Source: Podarcis bocagei
Lineage: Eukaryota
Direction: 5' to 3' (one strand)
Length of the DNA stretch: 64,000 nucleotides
Assembly (NCBI GenBank): GCA_964188305.1
Contig: OZ076888.1
Within the stretch, counting starts at the first letter, position 1; every line of letters begins with the position of its first letter. The notes beneath the pieces were generated by a model. The model was not told the origin of the DNA and searched no databases. It was given only the letters and a program-made list of their open reading frames with translations. The translations under genes and the position numbers were made by a program. This document shows, piece after piece, positions 52,518 through 64,000 of this stretch.

Positions 52518-53018
52518 CATAGAATCATAGAATCATAGAGTTGGAAGAGACCACAAGGGCCATTGAGTCCAACCCCCTGCCAAGCAGGAAACACCATCAG
52601 AGCACTCCTGACATATGGTTGTCAAGCCTCTGCTTAAAGACCTCCAAAGTAGGAGACTCCACCACACTCCTTGGCAGCAAATTCCACTGTCGAACAGCTC
52701 TTACTGTCAGGAAGTTCTTCCTAATGTTTAGGTGGAATCTTCTTTCTTGTAGTTTGGATCCATTGCTCCGTGTCCGCTTCTCTGGAGCAGCAGAAAACAA
52801 CCTTTCTCCCTCCTCTATGTGACATCCTTTTATATATTTGAACATGGCTATCATATCACCCCTTAACCTTCTCTTCTCCAGGCTAAACATGCCCAGCTCC
52901 CTTAGCCGTTCCTCATAAGGCATCGTTTCCAGGCCTTTGACCATTTTGGTTGCCCTCCTCTGGACACGTTCCAGTTTGTCAGTGTCCTTCTTGAATTGTG
53001 GTGCCCAGAACTGGACAC
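52518..53018 (-). mobile_element. Young CR1 LINE 3' fragment, ORF2 C-terminus intact
   Basis: ORF 52597..53025 ([31 protein letters not shown]) is canonical CR1; octamer tail; candidate TSD cactcat. Confidence 0.95.
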
Positions 53019-54594
53019 CACTCATGTTGCTTTGGGCTTCTTACAAAAGCTCAGCACTTCCTTTAGTTCCAGAATCTTAGCAAGAAGAAAAGCTTCCCCC
53101 CACTTCTTCACATAGACTTGGGAAAAGTAAGGAAGAAATGTAGCTCCCTCATACGGCTTTACTCTTCTGGAAGCCCGGTACAGCACACACACCTGACCTA
53201 TTTTTTGCATCTCGCCTCTCCACTCCTTAGCTACTGGGTCTTCAGTACACTGCATATGAGTTAAGGCTACATAGCAGTGAGTGAGGCCACACAGGATTAG
53301 CAATTAAGGGTCTCTCAGGGTCGTGTGGACTTGCAGGTGGTCATTTTTTAACTGCCTCTTGTGAGGAGGGCAAATTGCTTGCACTCCAAGTTCACTCGTA
53401 GTACATGCATGCCACAAACCAGCTAGGTTACACGTTTAGTAATTTGGGAACTGAGTTTCTATCAGCATAAATACTGCTGTTTTGTATAGCCCCTGCATCT
53501 GATGAAACATAACCCAACCTATCACACTGAACTTGCCATCCAAAAGGAAGTCTAAAGCTTTAAACACTTCACCTCTCTGCTGGGGGAGCAATTTGAAAGA
53601 TAAAGATTTTTTTGGCACTACACTAGCATAGCTCCTGAACTGTTTGCTCCAGTGGCTATCTGCCAGTGCATTTGCTGTGTTGACTGTAACACTCCATCCA
53701 TCACGTCTGCTGCTTTACAGTGAGAAATTACCCAATGAAGTACCAAGAAGTGCTTTCTCTGGGATGTATTCAAGGAACAGCAGGATAAGGTTATCCAGGA
53801 AGGCGTGTATTTCAAGTCCTGTCATACGCTAGAACACCGTTCTATGCTGATGGCTGTGAACATCTCATTCCATGAAATAGAGCTCTGTTGCAGTCTGATT
53901 GTGAGCCACTTTGGAGTTCGAAAAGCAACATAAAAGTTACTTAAAATATATTGCCTTCGCTGATGGTAGAGAATGCCCACATTTGTTTTAAATTTCATTA
54001 AAGGTGGTTTTACACAGACATTATCAGACAGTCACTAATTATGCCCAACAAACAGCAGGCTCCAGAAACGTATCACAGACAGTGTCAACTGCTGCTCACA
54101 ATGTGTCTTTGAGAAAAGCAACGCATAGTCCCATTCAGTGGGCACACTATTGAAATGACCAACTTTACAAGTTGTTGAAAGGGTGAAAATGGTACTCTGA
54201 TTAGGGTTGCAGTATTTTATCAATTCACAATGAAACCAGTGAGAGGACACATACTATTTGTAAAAGTTACTCTCCTCTCCTCCTTCATAGAACTTGCCAT
54301 TTCCAAACTGCATTGTGTTTGCACTGTATATGACTTGCAAAAGAACAATTAAAGGCAGACTTTCTTCACTGCTATAATACACCCAAATGTTAAGAAGTGT
54401 GCACACAAGTCAGCCGAACTGTGACTTGAGAGTCACGTGAAATCTGAGCAGTTTTAAATGCAGCACTTGGGCAGATGTACCAAAGGAGGAAAAGGAAACA
54501 GAAAAGAGCAACAGAACACCATTATTAAGAAAGAAGCAGTTTTAACAGATCAGTAGAATCCGGTAGCTGCCAGTGTCAGAAGGATCATTACTGA

Positions 54595-55209
54595 TCATAC
54601 ATGTCATCTCTTTCATCTGTACCACACCGACTTGCATTTATTCGTGCAAGGTTCAATGTCCTTCCATCGAACCTGCTGAGCCACAGATTTTCCAAGGGTT
54701 TGGTGTCTCCGCTATGCGTGTGTGACGGGAAAACTGTTGATTCTCTTCCACACATAATGTTCAACTGTCCCCTACACAGCATAGCCAGGACTAAATTCCT
54801 GGGTCCTGCTTTACTGCGCTTGGTTGGCAGGCCTGTTGAGTCACATGCCGCACTACTTTTGCAGGATACAGATCCTTCTGTAACTCTGCAGGTGGCGAGA
54901 TTCCTGAATGCGGTTATCTCACACACAAAAACCACCCAAAACAACAACATCAAAAACTAATCGGACAGTTATGAAGAAGAGTGCATGTCGGATCTCGTCT
55001 TCAGTTTTCCTTTTTCTGGGATCCGTCCCCTGGAGTTCTCCGGGCCCCAAGCTGTTATCTGGCTCTGCTCAATGACCCACCCCTGCATCATGGCGTTCAC
55101 CTTCTGGTGCCGAATATATCGGTCTTTATGCCTCTGTGCTTTTATGTTTGTACATACTTTATGGGCTAATAGCCGTAAATAAATAAATAAATAAATAAAA
55201 TAAAACTGA
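54595..55209 (+). mobile_element. 5'-truncated non-LTR retrotransposon with C-terminal CCHC finger (RTEX-like; clade assignment tentative)
   Basis: ORF 54601..54960 RLAFIRARFNVLPS..LCVCDGKTVDSLPHIMFNC..VARFL; (AAAT)n tail; 12-bp TSD gatcattactga. Confidence 0.8.
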
Positions 55210-58200
55210 GATCATTACTGAAATGGAGTGTTAATTGTTGTAGACAGTTTTGTAGTAAATACAGAAAAAGGAAGTCTTATAAACCATCTCATAACCTCAG
55301 AATAAGTGCACTTTTACCAACTGCAACATTTTGGTTTTAAAGCAGCTTTTAGCCCTTATACCAAAAGAAAAAAATTGAAGTTCTCAGTCAATCTCTGGTG
55401 GGATTTTTTAAACTAAATGGCAGTTTTTTCACTCACCAGGGGGCAGAGATTTAACACCTTGTACAGTGTCTTTACCCTCCTCCATGATGAGCAGATTTAT
55501 GCAAAATTTGCAGACGTGCAAATCTGATCATTTATCCAGGCTAGATTTCAGTTTTTCTTCTGCATGGAGAACAGAACCTGGGAAAATGAATGACTTTTTG
55601 CTGGTTCCCCTAAACCAAGATTTTATCTGGCAGGGTAAGCTTGTCACAGTTTACTTGTTGACACTTAGCTTGCAGTTTCCTGCCTCCACTTCCCCACTTT
55701 CAGCTGCAAAACGTTGACCTCTCTCACTCTTACAACATCCAGATCTATCACTGTGGCCTATTACTTCCTAATATTTGCAGGACTCCCAAGTTCTCGATGT
55801 AAGCTATTACTTTTATCCAGACCAGACCAGGTCCTAAAAGAAATAATGTTCCATGCCAGCTGCAAATGCATCTACTCCTTGCTTTCATTCAAATGCCCTT
55901 TCTGTGCTTGGGGAAAGGAGTGATGGAGAAGCTCTGCAAATGCCACATTTCTAGCTACTTGTGCATAATTTATCAAATCACTTACGCCTGCTAGTCTTAC
56001 TTGCAGCCGTGTGCTAATGTACCAGCTTCCAGAGGAACAAACTGCAGAATTGCATACTTTCACATCTAGGAATACATGAATGGCTTAGCAACTTTAAAAG
56101 GAACACTGCTATTTTTTCCCCACCTGCTAACTGGATTCTTTCATTATAGTAACTCCCGCTGATCAAGTTGCAAAAGCACATCAGCATGCGGACACCTACT
56201 CAAACACACCAGACCTAGCAAAATGCACACCTATTTACTCTCAACACCACAACAAAAGCAAATCCATAGTAATTGCTTTATTTAACAGGGTCTAGTGATG
56301 CTGCTGGCTGTAAACTTTTTGTTGGAAGCCTGTTTCGGCAGACTGCAGCATACACATCACTTTCTAAATAGGTTTATTCTTTAAATACACTCGGTCAAGA
56401 GAGAATGGACCAAAAAAGGATGCAGCCTAGATTTCGAGTGAATGCCTCCTCTTGCACAGTCCTAATCCATTTGAACACTACCTTTGACGCTGCAGCAGCC
56501 ATACCCACTAGGGCACCAGAGCATGACTGATGGTTACACAGAGTCTCTCACTACAGCTTTAAGAAAAGGCAAGTTTTATTTTTTTCTGAAGAAGGAAGGG
56601 TAATGTGACAGAACTGCAGATAAAAGCAGAAGCTTCATGCTTCAGCAGTTCTCCATCCTAAAGGAAGAGAAGCCTATTGGAACCTGCACCTGGAACAAAG
56701 GAGCCACATCTGCCTACTGTAGCCAAAGTAATATACCTAATAGCTTGCTAGGAATGAGCAATTCCATTCTAAGATGAGTCGCAGAAATGTTCCTTTGTGA
56801 TCTATAGATCTAAACTTGTAGGCAGCAGAATGCTGATTTGCAGCCTCATCAGCAAGGCCTTTAAGAAGGGATAAAATCTTCTGTGTTGTTATTCCTATAA
56901 TAATTTGAGACTATTACTCATTTCTGCCTCGGAGCACTTCGAAAAGAGGATGGTGAGACACATCAAATTATCTCTTAAACAACTGAATAGCAAAATGCTG
57001 GATGGGTATTATTCTATCCCCCGAACAGCAAACAGAAAAGATGAACAGGTTTACGCTAATGACGCTAAGTATAGGAATTAGGAAATGTAAACACCATGTG
57101 ACAAATATTTAAGAAACGGAAGTTATTATTCTTAAATGTTTCCTTAAAATGGGGAGGGAAGGAGAGGTATGTGCCATCAGATTTGGTTTCTGAGCTTGAC
57201 AAGTTGGAATAGCATTAGTTATAGCTGAGGACATTTGAGTTCAGTTCTCAGATGACGTTTGATATTTAGGTGACTAAGCAAGCAAAACTGCATGTTTGTC
57301 AGAGAAGTGGAAGTCACCAGTTTCATTTCATGCAGGAACTTGCAGGAAGCAATGAAATGTCACTGTCCAGCATGAGAAAAGATCGATCATCTCTTCTCCA
57401 AACATAGTCCCATGAGGAAAATATCGTTTTCAGGAGGCTTCTCTCCCCCCCCTCCTGTTCAGGAGGCTTATCTCCTATAGATCCCACCGTTTAGCTTTAG
57501 CTGATATGAAGGAAATAGACCGTTTTCCTGCAAACACCCACATTTATGAAGGGATTTCAGAAACTTAGAGTTCATTTTCCCATCTCTTTTCTAGAGTGTC
57601 AGGTCAATCTGGTCCGCTTAGATTCACATTACTAAATTTGTTTTGAAGCACCAATTTATTTAGAGAACAATTTAGAATTTGGTATCATCTAAACACAATA
57701 CTGTATATTGCTTCAACAAGACTCTGGTCAGTTCAACTAGTTTGAACTGAATTGCTGTACTAGTTTAGGAACTGCTCAAACAAAAAAGCAAGGTTCATTA
57801 CCATGAAAATGTTTTGGTAGACTAGATACAGACCATGACTTTTCTGTTGCCGACTTCTAGCATAAAACCGTCTGTACAAGGAAACAAGCCCCAATAGGGG
57901 CTGTTTTGAAAGATGAGAAGATATATTTCTGGACCAGAATAAACATGCAAGGTCAAGCAAAACAGCACGTTTATAAGAATAAAAAAAATAGCCTTCCGAA
58001 TATAGTTGGGAGAATATCTCTGCAACAATAGTGCCAATGAAAAAATGCTGGTAATGAACTTCCTAATAAACTAATGTACATCGTGGACCCCATTTCATAT
58101 TCAAATTGTGAGTGAGCTTTAAAAAATCTATTTCTATAATATATTACATAGCAGCAGCCTCTTATGATTCTAATATCTTGGGGGTTGTTGTTTTTTTAAA

Positions 58201-59093
58201 AAAGAAAAGAAAGTAACCAGTAGCAGGAAGCCTCTATCAGATCTGATATTTTGCCTGCATACCACATGTATATTTTACTGTTACTCTTAATAAACTATCT
58301 CCTTTTATAGAGAGGATGACAAGCTTGAAGGCAAAAATAATGATGATGATAAGGGATCTCATAATGGAAATAAAGTTGTAGCTTTCGGTCAATACAGCCG
58401 GTAACCTTGCAGGAGGAGCCCCAAGGTTATGAGCAAAGCACTAGCAGTTGTACTGCCAGGGTTCTCCGCATCCACTGCTGCTTGCTTTGCTGAGTGTGTG
58501 ATGTATGAGAGACGGGGAGATACTCTGTGCTGGATGGCAACACTCCCTCTGCATACTAAGCAGGCAAAGCAGAGGGGGGAGCACGGCAGCGGCTGGAATC
58601 CCCACTCCCCTGACTCACAGAACTCCTCCCTTGGCGCATATTTCAGCCATGCTTAACGCGAGTCAGAATGTGCAGCGCACACCGTTATTTTAAAATATTG
58701 TTTTCCTTCCGTCCTCTCCCCAGGATGCCTGGGAACTACCTTTTTGGTGCAGGGAACTCCCACACTCTGCCCTAGAAACATAAGGCAGTTCTGCAGTCCT
58801 TTTCAGTACTGAGAGGCTTGGAGCATTTCCAGCAAAGTCATGTGCGCAGCTCTCCCCTGACATTGCTTATATTAAAGAAACCGTTCACCAAACTGAATGC
58901 TTGGCAGCTGAATGTGGGTTTCCTGGTGTAAAGAGATATCTTCAGAGAGCTGACCTTCTTTGCATTCAGATATCTTCTGTGGACATTTCTGGATTCACTA
59001 CAATGTGCCATTGGAGCATTTTATGTACACTGTCGCTGTTTAAAGCACATGCATCCCTCTACACATAGCAATCATTCAGATGTCCTTTTAATA

Positions 59094-59319
59094 CAGTGGT
59101 ACCTCAGGTTACATACACTTGAGGTTACAGACTCTGCTAACCCAGAAATATTACCTTGGGTTAAGAACTTTGCTTCTGGATGAGAACAGAAATCGTGCAG
59201 CGGCAGTGCAGCGGCAGCAGGAGGCCCCATTAGCTAAAGTGGTGCTACAGGTTAAGAACAGTTTCAGGTTAAGAACAAACCTCCAGAACAAATTAAGTTC
59301 TCAACCCGAGGTACCACTG
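59094..59319. mobile_element. Tigger-like MITE (same orientation as 18764)
   Basis: TA TSD; TIRs CAGTGGTACCTC. Confidence 0.88.
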
Positions 59320-59665
59320 TATACTGTCCTGCTGCCTTGCCATAGACTATATATTTAATAACAGATTAGAGAAAGTGTAATAGGGTCTGGGCAGGGGTGG
59401 CACATTCTGTTTCGCCTCTCGAGAATTTGTGTTGGAGGGGCAGAAGCAAGCCATCTGTGACACACATGGTCAGCTAGTTAAGTTTTTATTTATTTACTTG
59501 ATCTGGGGAGAAGGCAGCTGGCCCCCTGCCTGCCATGGCTATGCCCATGCATGATTTGACTTTTATATATATATACCCCACTTTTCAGAAAAATATTCAA
59601 GACTACCCCATGCCACAAAAGAAGAAACCACCACCACCATACAAAAAATGTTAACATATTAGGAG

Positions 59666-60086
59666 CAGGGTTCGAAATTAGCAGGGCGCCAGGCATATTT
59701 GCAAGCACTTCAAAAAGTCTGGGTGCCATTTTCTGCACCTGGCTGACACTCTAGGATTACTGAAATGCATTTCCTTTGTGCCTCGAAGTATATGTTAAGG
59801 AGTTTCAGAATAAAGAGTAGAGTGTTTTGAAAACTGAAGTATGGTACCAATATTTTTATTGTAAACACCAAATTAAACATGTATTAATAATTTCTGTTAA
59901 AAATGTGGTATTAACAATGTGTCACCTATGTGAACTGTGTATTAGTTCATGCTTATTGAAAGAATAAAAAGTGTTGCCGATCTCCCCCCCTTCCCAATGG
60001 CGACTAGGCATTGTGTTTTGGCGCCCACAACCCAGGTCCCAGGAGCCATTTGGCTCCTGGCTTTTCTACCCCAGTTTCTAACACTG
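59666..60086. mobile_element. Old hAT non-autonomous element
   Basis: TIR cagggttcgaaa / tttctaacactg (10/12 match); TSD attaggag/gttaggag. Confidence 0.7.
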
Positions 60087-61850
60087 GTTAGGAGCCATAT
60101 TGCCTCAGTCACAAGGCCAAAAGATTGGTAGAATACATGCATATTTCAAACCACATTACCTAATCTCAACCAGGATGGGAAAGTGAAGACGAGAGAAGGT
60201 GGGGAGGTTAAATGAATGTAGCAAAAGTATAGCAAATGTGTTTCAGTACAGAGATATAAGTGGGAAACAAAACTGCATGCGATTTCAAACATCTGGGCTC
60301 AAATTACAGTGGCAGCAAACGCCTGGTTCACCTTTGGGGGTGGGAATTCGACAACAGTTTGTACTATTTGTGTAGAATGGAATGCCTACTAGGATGGTAG
60401 CTGCAGCTTTCTCTCCAAAATGCTTTGGGAATTAGGAGAGGAAATATGGTAACAGTGGCCAGAGCTCCATTCTGCTCCTGCAGGCAAAACAAAGTCATTT
60501 TAAATTGTTATGGGGGTAGGTCAGGATGCGTAGCAAGTAGCAGCCACCACTTTGGCAAACATAAACTATATCTCTCAGACTGCAAGGGGTTCAGAACCAC
60601 TGAAACAGCTAGTCCAATTTGTGAACAGGAAGGGGGTGTCAATGAAAATGGGCAGCCATTAAATTCAGCCCTAGTTCATATATAAACTTGGTCAACAGCG
60701 CATTTGCTCTCTGCTTCAGTTCCCCATCTGCAAGATCCTAACAGGTTGCCTGAAAGCAGCTTTTAAATCTATTAGCCATGACAAATAGCTTAAAGAACCT
60801 CTTTGGGGAACAAATGCAACTTGCCTTCACAAAGCAAAAAACACACACCCTGTATATTGTGTGCAGAGTCATTCACATTCAGACAATGTGCCATGAGACA
60901 CAAATCTGGTGGCAGGTGTTTCATAGACATCAGACCGAGTTGGAGATATGAATTATTTTCAGGCAACAGTAGGATGCAGCGATGGTTTTGAATGATACTG
61001 TTCTTCCTTTAAATCAAAAAGAAATATTATCAGACTCTTATGTCAGGCAATGCTTGTCGAATTCACAGAAGGTGGAAGAAAAGCTATTGGGAAACTCATA
61101 AAAAGCAAAAGGGAATGGTAAATTGGCCAGAAACCTCTACCCACCAAGTGGAATCTATTCCCCAATACCAATGCATATTTTAGTGAACAGAAATGTACAA
61201 ATAATGAATCTCAGATTTTTTTAGTTGCCTGTTTTAAGACACTGATTCACCAGAACCATTAAGTAAAATAACTATTCTGAATTTTTTTAAAAAACAACAA
61301 CTGCTAGTTAAACAGCTTCAGTAGTTTTATAGCCATTAATATGTTTCATTACACAAATAAAGACATGGTCTATTTAAAATAAAGCTTCAGTGTGTAAAAT
61401 GGTCTTCAACTGCAGTCCAAGAATGATCCAGTCCTCTTAAATGCAGTACCTAGCACTTGAATATAAATGTCACCAGTTTCTTTTTGTTTTTTAAAAGAGA
61501 AGAGCATTTTTAAGGTCTGCTGTATTCATTTCCACAGATTTCTAATTCAGTTCTTTGCCACAAGCAGTTCATTTCTTCATTTAAACCTATCAAAATGCAC
61601 ACCATTATGAAGCAGATTATATGTTATTGTGAATATTACTTAGGTAGCCAGGTCTAGGTGTAGCTGAGGTCAAAAAAGCAGTCCAGAAGCAAGCATAGTG
61701 CAAGAGGCAGGGTTTTTAAGTAGACATCCAGAGATTGGCAGCATGGGAGGTGAAGATGAGGCAGAACAGGTAAAGGTGGTTCATAAGAGCCTGGGAGCTG
61801 AAAGATGTGTTGTTCCAGCAGCTACCAGACCTCAACTAAGGTCTCACATA

Positions 61851-62720
61851 CCTTATTTTTCGCTCCATAAGGCGCACCGGACTATAGGGCACACGTAGTT
61901 TTTAGGGGGGGAATAAAGAAAAAAAATTATCCCCCCCAGCCCCCAAGAGGAAAGAAGCCAAGATAGCGAACGAGATCCATCCCGCTCGCTGTCTTAGCTT
62001 CGTTTTTAGCCGCGGGGCTAAACAGGTCCTTTGCTCCCGGAGCTTGTGGGGCTGGGGGGGGGCACTCCGAAGGATTGCAGATAGCTGCCTGAAGCCCGGG
62101 GAGCGCAACGGGAGTTGGCGCTGCGCTCCCCGGGCTTCAGGCTTCAGGCTGCTATCCGCAAGCCTCCGGAGCGCGGGGGGAACTCCTGCTGCACTCCGAA
62201 GGCTTGCGGATAGCTGCCCAGCGGCGTAGCGTGAGTTGTAAGCACCCGGGGCAACGCAAGTAATTTGTGCCCCCTAACCCGAGGCAAGGCAAGTAATTTG
62301 CGCCCCCCGCTGCCGCCCAAACGACGCCGCTTGCCCGGAGGAGGAGGGGGGCAGAGAGGCGAGGAAAATTCAACGGCCCAGCAGCTGCAGCAGCAGCGGC
62401 GGAGGCGGGGCTGTGAAGAGGGGCTGCCTGGCACGTCCTCCGCGGCGAGGGCTGAGAGCCGCTGCCTGCCGGGCGCCTTCAGCCCGGATGCGCGCACAGC
62501 TCGTCGGTTCCGCGAGACATGCGGCTCCGCTACAGCCTGCGCCCGAGGCTCTTCGGCGACTCCGGAGGCAGCGAGCGCGCCCCCCCAGATGTTGCGCCCG
62601 GTGCGGCTGGCACCCCTGGCACCCCCCACGCTACGCCACTGTAGCTGCCTGACCCCTCTCGCCCTCCAGGCTTTAGCGAAAGCAACACGAAGCCTCCGGA
62701 GCCAAAGCCTTATGCCAAAG
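61851..62720. mobile_element. Longer GC-rich Tc2-like element, right end missing (end approximate)
   Basis: Left end TA|CCTTATTTTTCGCTCCATAAGGCGCACC...GTAGTTTTTAGGGGGG resembles the 47155 left end; palindromic interior. Confidence 0.7.
62219..62641. mobile_element. hAT element nested in the Tc2-like element
   Basis: TIR CAGCGGCGTAGCGTG / CACGCTACGCCACTG (14/15 match); perfect 8-bp TSD tagctgcc. Confidence 0.92.
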
Positions 62721-64000
62721 CCTGTGTTCCTTCACTCACAGCCCCCCTGGCCTGGACTCTAGAAACTACACTTTCCGTGGCTGGAAAGCAGTTCAGCTTC
62801 CTTCTCTGACTTGGAGGGCAGTTCCTCTGCTACATGTGAACTGGGGAGTCACCTCAAGGCTTGTTCCAGGCCAGCCTCTGGAGACCATCGTTATGAGGTC
62901 TCCCTCTGCGCTCTAAGGTCAGATTTGGAGGACTCTGTTTGCTCTGCAGGGTCTCCTAGCTTTAGGTGGTCTGAGTCTTCATTGGAAGAGCTGGACTTGA
63001 CCAGGGTCCACCAAAACACCAGTCATGCATTTTTCAGCCTAAGCCATGCAGCAAGCTCTAGGTGAAGCGACTTAAACTGCAGCATTCAGCAGCTTAGAGT
63101 CCTAGTTGTGTGTCCCAAGTTCTGTGGGGCTTAACTAGCTGGTTTTTGAAGTGCTACATGCTTGCTGCAGCATACTATGCCCCAGGATTTGGGGGATGTT
63201 TTTAGCAGGAACTCAGGGGAACTTGCCTTTTAAAAAATTAAATTTTAAAAAAAATGTCTGGGGGGGGGCCTGGAATGGATATACACCCAATGCCCGAGCC
63301 AAAAATCCACCTGTATCTGTTGTGGCCATCTCTAATCCAGATCATTGTCTGTTTGATTATATTAATTATCTCTTACATTTAGCCACTGCCCAGGGTGGGG
63401 TGGGGTGGCGCTGTGACTGGGCCCGCAATGAACAAACAAACTTTGTGGTGAGTTCTTCCCCCCTTTTTTCCAGGAAAAAAGCACTGCTAAGCCCCCTTAA
63501 CACAGAGACCTAGCACGAGCCAGTTTCTTGTAATCCAGTCCCACAACATCTCTGAAAGTGCATGCACACCAAAAAGCATCAGCAGGCAGGTGACTTGTCA
63601 ATCGCATGCCTTCCATGTCCTCTTTAACTCTCTCGGTTTCATTTTGAGGGATAAGCAACACCCCCTACTTGCTGCTTACATTTTTTATGTAGCATGCAGG
63701 CCACTTTGAGGATGTGAGCCTCCTCAGAAGGCAAGCAGGTAGGTATATTCAATTTTATGGCACAGGAGCAGCTAGGCCAAAGTGCATTGCACTCTACCCT
63801 TCTTGCAAATGTAGGATAATTAGTTCGTCACTGATTTGTTACCAATAATTCAAACAGCTTTAAGAAGACAGCTAGCCAATAGAGCTCAACAACCTGAATA
63901 AAGCTTGTAAATCAACAGCATTACCCAGAACTGGCCTAAGGGTAGAGAAGGGAACTCGGTACATAAAAAGGCATGGCAAACACACTTGAGAATGGTGGAC

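Noticed and set aside
56760-57300. Cluster of AP-1/CRE/MARE-like half sites
   Set aside because: Short imperfect motifs are expected by chance; no conservation data available.
62144-62762. Overlapping 161-165 aa Ala/Arg/Pro-rich ORFs
   Set aside because: Stop-poor GC-rich transposon sequence open on both strands; not transposase-like.
22169-64000. MCU exon 1 / promoter, or the head-to-head neighbour MICU1
   Set aside because: No Ala/Gly/Arg-rich presequence exon with a phase-0 donor was found. All three GC-rich patches (34349, 43359, 61851) are bounded by transposon TIRs/TSDs.
1-64000. CRISPR arrays, operons or other prokaryotic systems
   Set aside because: The sequence is an intron-containing vertebrate locus; no regularly spaced repeat-spacer array was seen.

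Overview
Vertebrate genomic DNA from a squamate, most likely a lacertid lizard (inferred from abundant Sauria/Squam1 SINEs, a Squam3-type SINE with a (CTT)n tail, and L2/CR1 tails). The only host gene is the mitochondrial calcium uniporter MCU on the minus strand. Coding exons 2-8 were reconstructed by hand with canonical GT-AG splice sites and sizes 70/171/105/161/204/117/78 nt, giving an open frame through the WDIMEP pore motif to a TGA at 6961-6963, followed by a ~1.9 kb 3' UTR. Exon 1 (mitochondrial targeting sequence) was not found and probably lies beyond the right edge, so 22169-64000 is intron 1. The rest is dense with mobile DNA: Sauria SINEs, L2/CR1/RTEX-like LINE 3' ends, a probable solo LTR, and many Tc1/mariner-type (TA TSD) and hAT (8-bp TSD) MITEs, several nested. 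Almost all ORF-track entries are spurious. I found no convincing new multi-gene system. The best leads are a candidate cryptic/alternative MCU exon in intron 1, a Ser57-to-Pro change plus a new in-frame ATG in exon 2, a perfect 58-bp fold-back hairpin at an L2 insertion, a cargo-carrying GC-rich hAT element with its deletion derivative, and inverted repeat pairs flanking exons 2-4.
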